From Eledone cirrhosa (Eukaryota): DNA of 64,000 bases. The notes below the pieces were generated by a model. That model did not search any database. It was not told the DNA's origin and saw only the letters and a program-made list of their open reading frames with translations. The stretch is from positions 215,698,001 through 215,762,000 of the forward strand of contig OZ024743.1 of the NCBI GenBank assembly GCA_964016885.1. Direction: 5' to 3'. Positions 30,303-43,292 of this stretch are shown here, one piece after another. The position numbers and the translations under genes were made by a program. How positions within the stretch are numbered: the stretch's first letter is position 1; the number at the start of each line of letters is the position of its first letter.

Positions 30303-30607
30303 CCAATTATTATTTACCGCGTATAATAGAAATAGCATAATACACGTTGGTGAGGTTAGTCGTGAAGAAAGTGTAACCTGATGAATATGTTCACACGTCT
30401 ATTCTGACCTTGGATCAATGACACAAGCCGCTTTAAATGAAACGCTGAAGCGTCTGCTTAACATGCTCTGACAACACAAAGATAGCTAATTGATTCGTGA
30501 CACCTTATCTAGATTTATTGAATCGACAATTATCGATATTTCCTTTCTTTAGCTTTTCCTTCTGTAATATTCTTAAATGATTGTCATATATATATATATA
30601 AATATAT

Positions 30608-30642
<35 letters not shown>

Positions 30643-31185
30643 GATATTTATCAAAATAGCCGATATATATATATCATTTTATATTTAATTCTATACTTCA
30701 TTATGAACTCGAATGTTAAGAATGATATTCTTTATTAGAATGGTAAATGTTTGATGGGAATCATATGGGTTTAAACATCGTGACTTTTACGAGACTTTAA
30801 TGAAATCATTATGTACGTTTGAGGCTCAATGTTTTTTTGAAATAGTATCATCCATACTGCGAGGAGAGAATATAATGATTAAATAACCCCTATTCTATGG
30901 CTTTGAATTCAAAACAAGGAACAAAAATCGATTTTTTTTCTGCAATTATTATTTTTCCCACTTTTTATTTGATACCTTTGAACATGATTTGAATTCAAAC
31001 AAAGGACTTGATGGTAATTAATAGAAACAAGAAAACTAGAATGATGATATATTCAAAGGTTAATATTAGGTGGTTGCTTTCTATTATATTTCTAACGTGA
31101 AATAGTATGATACGACATGTACATTGACGATAACCTGAACAAATATCTTTGGATAATATATAGCTTAATACATTTTTACTATTGA

Positions 31186-32605
31186 CTAGCAGAATACCTC
31201 GGCGTTTCCCGGGCTTCTAAACATATATTCGCATGTTTATCCCTCCTTTCTGACGCAGTACAGAGAAGTACGTAATACTGGGGATAGTGTCTACATTTTG
31301 TGCTTAGGCAAACCATTTTCCATTAAGATTTTTGCAAATGCATGTAATTGCGTTGCCTCACTTTTTCTTGTTGTTTTTTGCTGCTGCTGGTGTGATAACA
31401 CAGTCTCGCCCTTCTTCAGCCAATCGTGTATATACCCTTCTGCCTCGTCTACCTAAACAATCATTGTAGCGCCTCCTTGTACACAATATTCCTTGTTCTT
31501 CCGTGCCAGGTATATGCAAAGAGATGTGTCTTGCTTCCCAATCTTGAGCAGCCAACGTATAGTTGCCCGTGTGAAAAACATAACTCTTACAAAAGAAGAC
31601 TAGCAACAGCTACGGTTTGACCCTGGGATTTGTTGATAGACATTGCAAAGCTGACACTGTTCGGCGAATGGTTCGTTGGTTGTCTGTTTCAAGTGCTCTT
31701 CTGCTGGCAGTACGTTCAGCATCTTGCGAGTGTCGAATAGCAAATTCCTCTGACGATTCGTTTGCCCGCCTTATTCTATTTCTTGCTGCTTTTGCAGTAT
31801 TTTGGCCAAGGGAGTATCTCATCCTTCGAGGCATGACCTAAAAGCAGGACGAAGTACATTAAGACTAACTGGTAGAGTAAGGAGTAAACTCGTCAGTGAT
31901 GCATGTGATTTCCGAACCGTTGACTATTTAATTGCTGCCCTTGTGCCAAAATTAGTGGGACTTTTTGGGTGGCATGTCGGCAGTAACAATGACGATAAGC
32001 CGTCTGTGCTTTCGTGAAATAAATACGTTTGTTTATATTTTGTTTTTGTGTATGCAAAACTATCTGTACACGAATGTATAATTATATATAAATATATTAA
32101 AGTAACAGATTAATGTTTAAGAAAATAATCGCTGCTTTCAGGCTTAACGGGATCTTCTGAAACAAAATCAATCTGCGAACGCAGAAGTAAATATTTCGAA
32201 AATTGTTGCAACCGAAGGAAAACAGGAAGGCGATACTTTGGTTCGTGAAGACATTCCCTGGCAATAAACGGAAAATAGCGAAGATAATACATCAGCCATG
32301 AGAACAATTTTTGTCATAATGCTGTAAGGCAGAAAGGCTGACATACAGACAGATATTATAAGGGTGCAAATCTATAGCTATGTATCTATCTAAAAAGAAA
32401 GACTAAGAAAGAGAGAGATCGGTAACCGGCGCCTTAACAACAGAAAATTGAAAAATAAAAGCAACAGTTAATATCTTTAGACCGCAAGGAATATATAAAT
32501 GCAAGTTTGAAGTCAATCGGAGTAGAAATGTGGATTTGTATAGACTTTGAAAAAATTAGGACACACACACAGACAATTTCAGTTTCATATATATGTATAG
32601 ATAGA
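31186..32605 (-). mobile_element. Helitron deletion derivative
   Basis: A|TCTATCTAT 5' end at 32605; 3' hairpin CCCGGGAAACGCCGAGG then CTAG|T at 31186. RepHel-like N-terminus MPRRMRYSL..R..E..RA.ET joined to Pif1-type helicase end AMSINKSQGQT..CFSHGQLYVGCSR..TRNIVYKEAL*. Confidence 0.88.
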
Positions 32606-33069
32606 TTACAGCTTAATGATATAGAGACATGTGATTATGCTGCTACTGCTGTTTGTGCTGCTGCTCCTGATTCTGCTACTACTACTACTGCTGCTCTGCT
32701 ACTACTACTACTGCCGCTGCTGCTGCTGCTGCTACTACTATTACTACTACTACTGATGATGATGATGATGATGATACTACTACTTCAACTACTATTAATA
32801 CTAATACTAATACTTTTCCGACGACGATGACAAGGACTTAAAAGGAAAATAATTTTAGTGTTGATGACCATTATTTTTATTCTTTGACACAAGAACACGA
32901 AAATGAATATTCTATTGACGATGACATACTTTCAAAGTTAATATATCAATATCCTTTCAAAATTGATTAATACATACTTGATACATAACTCCTTATTATA
33001 TTTGATAAATATTTATTATATGTTAAATAGTTCAATACTAAATCGAAAATTTATTATTTTTCAACGGTA

Positions 33070-33245
33070 ATAATTGTTTCTATTTTAGGCACAAGACCAG
33101 CAATTAACCAGTACATTACTGGTACTTGGTTTTATCGACCCCGTAAGGATGAAAGGCAAAGTTAACCTCGGCAGGATTTGAACTCAGATCGTAAAGGGAT
33201 GTAACTATGCTGGAAAGCATGTCCGACCCTCTACCGATACTGCCA
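33070..33245 (-). mobile_element. SINE family 1 copy
   Basis: Reverse complement of the family sequence. Confidence 0.88.
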
Positions 33246-33282
33246 TTGGTTATGACAACTTGTTTCCACATCTTCCGATTTA

Positions 33283-33997
33283 TCTATCAATATATTACTA
33301 AAAGGCGGTGGATTGGCAGTATTGGTAGAGTGTCGGATGCCATGCTTTGGCGCATAGAGTTACGGCCCTTGCCATTCTGATTTCAAACCCCGCCGAGGTT
33401 AACTTAGCCTTTCATCCTTACGGGGTCGATAAATTAAAGTACCAGTAATACACTGGCTAATTGCTGGCCTTGTGCCTAACGTAAAAACAATATATTACTA
33501 AAAGGCTGTGGTTGCTTGGTTGCTTGTCTGTAATGTAATACAGCCTGGATGGCGCATAATGTGAAAATATTTTGAAAGGAAGTTGCCTCTAAAATGGGAA
33601 TACACATGAATTAAAACATGTTTCGCGTAAATCAGAGCACGGATTCCCGAGATACGTGGTTTTTTCGGGTACTTTCATAAACAGAGAGGGAGAGAAGTAT
33701 AGAGAGAAAGCGATAGTGGTTGTGAGAGTGTAGATTGAAATTTAGACATAGAGAGAGGGAAAGGAGACAGAGAATGAGAATGAAAGAGAGAGATGGGGAA
33801 AGAGAGAGAGGGAGAGAGAAAAAGAGAAAGAGAGAGAGAGAGAGATCTGGTGGTATTTTTGCGTTTATATATAAGTGTGTATATATTTCTATGACCAGTC
33901 TATATAGATCAGAGACACCCACATATATATACCACACACACATATATATATATGTATACAAACACACAGATTTATATATATATATATATATATACAG

Positions 33998-34043
<46 letters not shown>

Positions 34044-34174
34044 ATCTTCCAGTTTCATTTCATATATTATATACATGTCTCTGTATATTTTAATCATTTA
34101 CAAATTATTTTTAAGTGAACATGAATTTTAAAAAAATATTTTGAAGTGACCGTGACTCAACGGGTCACGGCTGG
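33283..34174 (+). mobile_element. Probable non-autonomous Helitron (interrupted by the SINE)
   Basis: A|TCTATCAATATATTACTAAAAG 5' end; 3' hairpin CCGTGACTC-AAC-GGGTCACGG (34150-34170) then CTGG|T (CTRR). Confidence 0.5.
33302..33490 (+). mobile_element. SINE family 1 copy, full length
   Basis: Head aaggcggtggattggcag, B-box-like gatttcaaacc, core gcctttcatccttacggggtcgataaattaaagtaccag; 19-bp direct repeat CAATATATTACTAAAAGGC at 33288-33306 and 33488-33506. Confidence 0.9.
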
Positions 34175-36075
34175 TCTTGTTATTAATTAAAAGTGAACGA
34201 AAATCTTTTCGTAGTGACTATTGTTGCCCGCCGTAAACGTCTCACGTGCAGGAAGAAACGTGTTCTGCCAATAATATAATGTTATGCGAGGTCTAATTGT
34301 TTACCATCGCAAAGAAAATAGGTAATTATTTGCGCACATATTTTCACAGAGGCTCCATCTTTGAAAACCGAAATGCTGTACAGCTCCTGCAAATTTCCTA
34401 GCTATTGCTTAGCATAACTGGGAAAACATTTAATCAGTGACTGGGTGGTAGGTACATAAATGTTAATTTTTCTGTGATGATTGTGACAGTCGTTACTAAA
34501 TTAGTATATTTTTCTAAAGCTAGCATATATCTAAACATTTCGGTAAAAGACGTTGAATCAAGACTAGCAATACCCTTAAAAGAACAAAGGGAACGTAGCG
34601 TACGAGTCGGGGTATTTCAATTCACAATTTTAAAATAAACCATTCGTAAATACTGCAGGTCTAATTTCTGATGATCTAACGGTTCAAATTCCAGATGAAA
34701 TATTGACAATATCATCCAATCAAACACATAATATATTTATTCTCTCTAATATACTCGATTATTTGATCAGTACCCCAAATTATACATTCTTTGAATTATG
34801 AAATATCAAGAGTTCACTTATATGATTTCAAATTTGACTTCACGTTCGTGTTATTAAGATCTTGCATATGCAGAAGGATACGCCAGTTGACATGAATTGT
34901 TCTCTAAATCACCGCAAACATGTGGATTTGAATCAAACAAATGACTTCACCCCGAAATTCACCAAGAAATGTTAAGAAGGTTTGAGAATGGTAGTGTTCA
35001 CCTCACTGATATTTGTAGCATCTAACACAATTAAAACAAATGATTCACCGTGCAAAATACTTCCAGTAGCTTTCCAATTCTGTTACATTAATAATTTCAA
35101 CCCATCATATATAAACAGGAATATTTGAAATGGAATGACGAATATATATCAGATTAATGGTCTTATGGAAAAGCTACAATAATTACTTTGAACCGACACA
35201 GCATGCCGCCGATAATTATAACGATTGAGAGTAGGTGGCATGAAGAAAAATAGAAGGATGGAGATGTTGATGATGGTGATAAGAGTAATGAGGATGATAT
35301 TGATGAAAAGCGAGATGATGAATTCCAGGAGAATTTCTATTATGAAATAGTTGGTGAAGATAATAAAAGTGTGTATCATAAAATCAGTTCCAGTTGACCG
35401 ATAAAAGAAACTCACCGATAGTATTACTATAGATGCTAATTCTTTAGATTGTGTACACCTGCACACGTTTTATTTATTATACCACTGTGTTTCAACATTC
35501 ATTGCATTTCTTAATATTAAGTCTTCGCTAACGTAATTACTTGCTTCAAGAATTCCTTTCCTATGCATTCACGCATTATTTCTGCGTAGAATATAAATAG
35601 TTTAGGAGAGAATAATATCCATGAATGAGAGGACTTCTTCTCTTCAGACATTTTGAGGTCCAGTTTTCAATCAAGTTTCTTATTAGTATTGTTCAGAGTG
35701 CTGCCAGCATGCTCCGAATGCAAACCTTACCGATGACAATGTTGCCTTTGATCTATTCGGGGTTGATAAATAATATACACATTCCAGACTGGTGGTTGCT
35801 TCCTTGTATTTCCACTTTATCTCAACTTTCTCAGTTTTTCTAATTTGATGGTACCTGTAATACGAAGGTTTGCTATCCACAGAATATGTATTTGACACAA
35901 CACGAGAAAATATTACATTCTGGCTGGTAGAACAATTCAATGCCCATCATCATGACATCTATATATATATGAATGTATATATAGTGTATTTTGCAATACA
36001 CTGTATGCTTAATTAAAAGCATTTCGAATACATTACGCTATTATTTTAGATTAGTGACAGTCTCACTTACTTTAA

Positions 36076-36170
36076 ATTTTCAGCAAACAGGGGAGATAGA
36101 GCTGACAGAGCTCTGTTTCGTACTGATTGGTACTTAACAAAGCCAAGTACTCCAACTGTTTGCTGAAAAT
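36076..36170 (-). ncRNA. Type I hammerhead, U3-A8 variant (A6 mutated copy)
   Basis: GGCT-TTGTTAA-GTAC-CAATCA-GTAC-GAAAC-AGAGCTCT-GTC-AGCT within long helix I (ATTTTCAGCAAACAG/CTGTTTGCTGAAAAT). Confidence 0.7.
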
Positions 36171-36288
36171 CATGAATGTTTGATTCTTATAGAATTCAGG
36201 GCACCAATTCTAATTTTCAATTTCTGCTTGACTCTGTATAATCAGTTACTGATTATTACTAAAATGCTATAAGAATCAAACATTCATG

Positions 36289-36381
36289 ATTTTCAGCAAA
36301 CAGGTGGAGTATTTGGCTTTGATAAGTACCAATCAATACGAAACAGAGCTCTTTCAGCTTTATCTCCCCTGTTTGCTGAAA
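36289..36381 (+). ncRNA. Type I hammerhead, U3-A8 variant
   Basis: GGCT-TTGATAA-GTA..TAC-GAAAC-AGAGCTCT-TTC-AGCT; helix I extended by GGAG/CTCC and TTCAGCAAACAGG/CCTGTTTGCTGAA. Confidence 0.72.
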
Positions 36382-36520
36382 CTTCAAAGTGAGTGAGACT
36401 GTCACTACTCTAAAACAATAGCGTAAAGTTTTCGAAATGCTTTTAATTAAGCATACAGTGTATTGCAAAATACACTATATATACATACATATATATATCG
36501 CTATTTCAGAGCACCAATTC

Positions 36521-36701
<181 letters not shown>

Positions 36702-36702
36702 G

Positions 36703-36787
<85 letters not shown>

Positions 36788-36789
<2 letters not shown>

Positions 36790-37620
36790 TTTACATATAC
36801 ATACAGTAACAGATATATATGTGGCAACCGGTCACGATGTGGCTCAATGAGAAATTAATAAATTAAATAATAAGACCAATATATCATAAATCATGTCCTT
36901 AGAATTATTAGATAAAATAAATACCATTTCCTCTCCCAATTAGCATAATTAACCATATCAAAAATCAATTAGATCAGGCTATAAGAATAAAGGCTCCTAT
37001 GAAGAAATATTTGATAAATAACCGAAAGCAGCCTCTTCGCGGTTGACCCCAATAGGGTATTTACTCAACATTTCAACAGCATGTAGAAACTGACTAAATA
37101 TACCGTCAACCATACACAATTAGGTATAAATTTAAAGTTAGAAGAAACGGGTACATACCGTAATTACATCTCTACCATGGTTTCGTTCGTATTTTGAGAT
37201 ATCCTATTAGTAAAGACGAATCTAGAGTAACGAACACATCAAGAGACAAACTCAATCGGACAGTTAATTTTCGAAAGCGATCGCGCCAGAAATAGATTTT
37301 AAAAATGGCTAAGAATCGTGACGTGGCAGTGGTCAAGTTAAAAAGAACGAGATTACTTGCTTAAGGCGAGTAGGCTGGTTGCTAGAAAGCGCAGCCCAAT
37401 ATCGCCTAATTGCATCTCAACCCAACGGGAGATTATTAAATGTAACGATTTACATACATATAAAGTCACAGATATATATGTGGCAACCGTTCACGATGTG
37501 TGCTCGGTTATTTATCAAATATTTCTTCATAGGAGCATTTATTCATATAGCCCGGTCTAACTGGGAGAGGAAATTGTATATATTTTATCTAATAATTCTA
37601 AGGCCATAATTTATGATATA
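36788..37620 (-). mobile_element. ~660-nt HHR-bearing unit (one monomer plus overlap) with inverted arm
   Basis: 36788-36841 repeated at 37447-37500 (offset 659); 37504-37620 is the reverse complement of ~36879-37025; homologous to 38461-39756; flanked by (TA)n. Confidence 0.8.
37167..37248 (-). ncRNA. Type I hammerhead, diverged copy
   Basis: TGTCTC-TTGATGT-GTTCG...CGAAC-GAAAC-CATG-GTA-GAGATG; core has two substitutions, helix II is fully paired. Confidence 0.65.
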
Positions 37621-37624
37621 TATA

Positions 37625-37868
<244 letters not shown>

Positions 37869-37869
37869 T

Positions 37870-37924
<55 letters not shown>

Positions 37925-38253
37925 TATGTATGTATATGAAAAACAAGGGGAGAAGAATACTGCATGGTTGCACATGGATTACATATTATAAAATGAGTCC
38001 CTCATCAGTGATTTGCCAACCATCATTGGTATTTCATCGCATTAAAAATCAGATACCTCAGGTTGGTGCGAGCAATAACTAAAATAAGCTATTGGGACAA
38101 GTGAAACGCGTAAAGCGAGTGAGACAAGTAAACAACAGAAGGAAAATCAAACCGAAGGTTGGGAAAACAGCAATCAACATGATAGTTATCCGATCACCAT
38201 AATCTGGGTGAATTTCATGAGCGGTCAGAGAAGCAGACCGTACGCCGTGAATA

Positions 38254-38291
<38 letters not shown>

Positions 38292-38848
38292 CGCAGGAAA
38301 TGTGGTAAGGAACCAGGTGGACCATAACGCACCAAAGTACTCAATACTTAGGGTAGTAGAGTGGGTAATAGGAACAAGTAAGACCCCGACGGCTGAGCTC
38401 AAGCCGTTTCGACGGCTAATGTATATGTATATGTAAACCCTTATATATATATATATATTTAAGGGTTTACATATACATATACATAAAGTTATAGATATAT
38501 ATGTTGCAACCGGTCACTTTTAAGCTCTATGAAGAATCATAAATTAAATAATCAGAGCAATATATCATAAATCATGTCTTTAGAATTATTAGATAAAATA
38601 TATACCGTTTCTTCTTCCAATTAGCATAATTAACCATATAAAAAATCAATTAGACCAAGCTATAAGAAGAAAGGCTCTTATGAAGAAATCTTCGTCAAAT
38701 AACCGAAAGTGGTCTCTTCGCGGTGGCCCCAATATAGTATATTTATCCAACATTTTGACAGCATGTAGAAACTGACTAAATATATCATCAAACATACACA
38801 ATTAGGTGTAAAATTAAACTTAGAAGAAATGTGTACATACCGTAATTA

Positions 38849-38927
38849 TATCTCTACTTTGGTTTCATCCGTATTTTTAGACATCCAATTAATAGGAATG
38901 TCCTGAGTTAGGATTCATCAGGAGACA
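38849..38927 (-). ncRNA. Type I hammerhead ribozyme
   Basis: TGTCTC-CTGATGA-ATCC-[extended stem-loop]-GGAT-GAAAC-CAAA-GTA|GAGATA. Confidence 0.85.
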
Positions 38928-39511
38928 AACTCAAATTCAGACATCTAGTTTTTCAACCTGATCGCGCCGAAATTAGATTAAAAAATGGCTAAGAATCGCT
39001 ATGTGGCTGTGGTCAAGCTAGAAAAATGTGATTGGTTGCTTACAGCGGTTAGGCTTGTTGCTTGAAAGCGCAGCCAAATATAGCCAAATTTAATCTCAAC
39101 CTAACGGGAGATTATTAAATATAAGGGTTTACATATACATATGCATAACATTATAGATATATATGTTGCAACCGGTCACTTTTAAGCTCTATGAAGAATT
39201 AATAAATTAAATAATCAGAGCAATATATCATAAATCATGTCTTTAGAATTATTAGATAAATTATATACCGTTTCTTCTTCCAATTAGCATAATTAACCAT
39301 ATAAAAAATCAATTAGAACAAGCTATAATATGAAAGGCTCTTATGAACAAATCTTCGACAAGTAACCGAAAGTGGCCTCTTCGCGGTGGCCCCAATATAG
39401 TATATTTATCCAACATTTCGACAGCATGTAGAAACTGACTAAATATATCATCAACTATACACAATTAGGTGTAAAATTAAACTTAGAAGAAATGTGTACA
39501 TACCGTAATTA

Positions 39512-39590
39512 TATCTCTACCATGGTTTCATCCGTATTTTTAGACATCCACTTAATAGGAATGTCCTGAGTTAGGATTCATCAGGAGACA
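39512..39590 (-). ncRNA. Type I hammerhead ribozyme
   Basis: TGTCTC-CTGATGA-ATCC-[GGACATTC/GGATGTCT inner stem]-GGAT-GAAAC-CATG-GTA|GAGATA; palindromic helix III ACCATGGT. Confidence 0.9.
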
Positions 39591-39755
39591 AACTCAAAAT
39601 CAGACATCTAGTTTTTCAACCTGATCGCACCGAAATTAGATTAAAAAATGGCTAATAATCACTATGTGGCTGTGGTCAAGCTAGAAAGTATGTGATTGGC
39701 TGCTTACGGCTGGTAGGCTTTTTGCTAGAAAGCGCAGCCAAATATCGCCAAATTT

Positions 39756-40592
39756 AGAACTAGAAACGTAGTCTATAGCATAAGATCTACAGAGGCTACT
39801 TGCAGAAACATGACAACAACTTAAATAGGTGAGACAGCTCGTAAAATAGTTGAAAGGATAGACCAACACTGGGGTGAACTAAAAGGACGAAAAAACGGGT
39901 CAGTAATATACGAACATGCTAGACAACGACATTACGGTAACATAGACAACATAGAAATTCGAATAATATCTAAACATAGAAATGACCCAGCAGATATGTA
40001 AATCAGAGAGGCCAGTGACATAGACATTAGAAGACCAAGACTAAACAGAAAGAATGAATGGAATAACAACAACCAAACAAACAACACTGACCTAAGAGAA
40101 GTATATAAAAGTAAATAAAATAAAATAAATAAATAAATACATACACAAGCACAATAACAACAAGCACATAAACACACACTAGTCACCCATCACACAGCAA
40201 ACAAAACACTATACACACACGCAAACGCATGCGCAAAGAAGACAAAATAAAATAAACAAACAAGCAAATAAATAAAATAAATATATAGACAGACTGAATA
40301 AAAATGGCGTAGACATACAATACAACAGGAGAAAAAGATAGCACTAGTGACGATGTTGCAGATGTGCAACGAAAGATTTATGATACACTATATATATGTG
40401 TTTGTGTCTATATTTGTATCTGTATTATTTTTGACCGTCGGTCAGTCAATGGCAACATTGAGGACCGAGTAAGTTAGATTACCGATATAAAAAACACAGA
40501 AGCGAGAAGCGAAAACCAACCTAACAGTGAGTGTGTTCTGTTATTAATTCTGGCAATATTACACAAATATGACCCTCCCCAAGTATAACAAT
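39756..40592 (+). mobile_element. Penelope-like family B: GIY-YIG domain plus pLTR
   Basis: RTRNVVYSI..TC...*IGETARKIVERIDQH...SVIYEH...IREA..LNRKNEW; colinear with 22509-23147 and ends at the same gtataacaat; HHR relic GTGACGA-T-GTTGCA/TGCAAC-GAAA at 40347-40380. Confidence 0.85.
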
Positions 40593-40764
40593 GACTGAAT
40601 TACAACAACATCATCATTTTCTCATCAACTAGAAACTTTCCGACTTTTGCAGTTATCTCCCTAACACCAGACGCACGCAATTTAGTATTGTCTGAGTGAG
40701 TTGACCGTTTGTGCACATGCGCGTCCGTACGCTCGTCCCTCCCTTTCCGTATAACCCTGTCCAT

Positions 40765-40807
40765 TACGAGCTGAGGATCCGCTAAGTTGAAACAATTGTT
40801 CTCAGTA
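40765..40807 (+). ncRNA. Minimal type I hammerhead motif (weak helix II)
   Basis: TACGAG-CTGAGGA-TCCGCTAAGTT-GAAAC-AATT-GTT|CTC(A)GTA; palindromic helix III ACAATTGT. Confidence 0.55.
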
Positions 40808-40845
40808 TAGTGAACTAACTGTTGTGTAACCACTTATATATATAT

Positions 40846-40887
<42 letters not shown>

Positions 40888-40997
40888 GGGGGGAGGGTCG
40901 CGTGTGTGCGTGCATGTATCATTTTACATTTACATAAATAATTAACGATAATTTTCGTCCGTGTAATATATACATATATATATAGTTATACACACAA

Positions 40998-41071
<74 letters not shown>

Positions 41072-41226
41072 ATGTAAGTTTCTATACAAAACTGGATATA
41101 GAGAAAGGGTGAAGTTGGAAATAGCACGGAAAATATATTTTAGGGTTTGTTTTTCTTTGTTTTACTTTCTTTGTTTCGTCAAAGTGACTTTATTGAAAAA
41201 ATTACGTTATTGAAAATATGAGGGAC

Positions 41227-41489
41227 AATTCTTTTAAAAAGAGTTTTATAATGTATATTAAGTATATAAGGTATTACCGGTTTCTTTGTATTATTACAAT
41301 TCATCTCCTCAAATGTTGAGTATTTCAATAAAAAAATTAATAAGAATTAAAAACTAAAAATTAAAGATTTAAAAAATTAAGTGTTGAGTTAATACACAAC
41401 ATTTGGTAAGATGAATTTTAATAATACATCGAAACCGGTAATACTTCATATACTCTATATACATTATAAACTCATTTTTTAAAAGAATT
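41227..41489. repeat. Old ~95-bp inverted repeat with degenerate HHR motif
   Basis: 41227-41325 vs 41390-41489 are imperfect reverse complements; right arm has TTGGTAA-GATG..CATC-GAAAC-CG-GTA (41403-41440). Confidence 0.6.
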
Positions 41490-41511
41490 TTCCAATAATC
41501 CTTCTCTCTCT

Positions 41512-41546
<35 letters not shown>

Positions 41547-42515
41547 AAAATGTATGACCCCGACGGCAGACCTCAAGCCGTTTTCGACGGTTATTTCTGG
41601 ACTGTATCTCTTCCGTTATATATATAGATATAGATATATAAATTACACATGTCACCTTAACTCTCGGTTTACAACTCATATTTTACGAAGGTATGTCCAT
41701 GGTATATATCTTTTGAAAAAATCAGTCTTAATCAAACGGGTACAGTTTTATCCACTTTATATCACTTTCGAATTGTTATGAATTTATCAGTATTGTGGCA
41801 ACCATACATTCACCTATCCTCATATTCCGACTAAAATAATTTCAAAGTTTATATTCAATTTACAATAGCTGAATGCTAAGAAACATAAGGAATCAGCATT
41901 TAAATTAATTTAGACATTTGATAACGAAGATATTCTCGAACGAATTTGTTGTGTACATTATACTAAGAATGATGCCCGTGAATGGAGCTTGATGTTGCAC
42001 AATTTATATTCTCTGTTTGAATAAGGTGAGTAAGAAATACCGATGAAGTTTATGCTTTGCCGATTAATATTCTATAATCATATTTCGCCAATATTAACTT
42101 TGATATGAGAAATTACCAATAAAATAGGATTCGTATCTTAATAGAAACCGTTTAGCAGATTTCCTTTTCACATAAATATTTCTGAATTTCTGAATAAGGC
42201 ATATGATATAATGATGATAAGTACTATGGCAGCTGTCAACTATCTGCTATAATCTCTCATTGATTACATATCGGAATAACGTTCAAAGGCAGATTGGCAT
42301 TCCAAGTTTTGATCTTCCACTTTAATCCAAACACCAGCAAGGAAACGAATAAGGCTGATTCCTGTTATGTGAAGAATTTTGCTAGTGTTGATAAATCATT
42401 GGCTTAACATTCAACATTTATTGAACGTATTGCATAAGTTTGTTATTGTAGCGGAAAGTTATCAATCTATTACGTGTTAGTTGCTGTAACGTTGCTGTCG
42501 ACACGAGAACAGTGT

Positions 42516-42700
42516 GAAGAAGAAGAAGAAGAAGAAGAAGAAGAAGAAGAAGAAGAAGAAGAAGAAGAAGAAGAAGAAGAAGAACAAGAAGGAAGAAGAA
42601 GAAGAAGAAGAAGAAGAAGAAGAAGAAGAAGAAGAGAAGAAGAAGAAAAGAAGAATGAGGAGGAGGAGGAGGAGGAGGAAGAAGAGAAGGAGGAGGAGGA
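42516..42700. repeat. (GAA)n/(GAG)n microsatellite
   Basis: Direct reading. Confidence 0.97.
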
Positions 42701-42849
42701 TGGTAATGCAGAGAATCAGGGTGGTTAGGAAGTTTAATAGACTCCATATTAAAAAAAAAAATTATTTCGGGTCTGTCTCTCCTCTCTCTCTCACTCTATC
42801 TCTTACCCCTCTTTCTCTCTCTCTGTGTCTCTCTTTCTCTTTCTCTCAA

Positions 42850-42924
<75 letters not shown>

Positions 42925-43292
42925 ATAATAATAAATTTAAAGACTAAAATCCAAAGAAGGCTCGATAAGGATAAATATATATCAAATATATAAGAACCGG
43001 AGAGCAAATATTTATTAAAATAACAGATTAAAGTTTTAGCACAGAATCGCTGCTTAACGGGATCTTCTGAAACTAACAAAGTCAATCTGTGAACGCAGAA
43101 ATGAATATTTCAAAAAACGTTGCAACAGGAGGAATACAGGAAGACGATACTTTGGTTCGTGGAAACGTTCCCTAGCAAAGAATGGGAAAAAAACGAATAT
43201 AACACGTTATTAGATGGAGCGGTGAAAACAATTGCACGCAAAGACAAAACCACGTAAATGGGATCACTGAAGTCGTAGGCTAAAATTCTAAC

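Larger units (their letters stand above)
38461..39756 (-). repeat. Tandem dimer of ~662-nt non-coding HHR unit (retrozyme-like)
   Basis: AAGGGTTTACATATAC starts at 38461 and 39123; units are colinear; second unit truncated at ~39756. Confidence 0.9.

Noticed and set aside
34676-34705. CTGATGA...GAAA as a hammerhead
   Set aside because: Helix II is out of register and there is no convincing helix I.
42418-42993. Poly-E/K/R ORFs
   Set aside because: (GAA)n/(GAG)n microsatellite.
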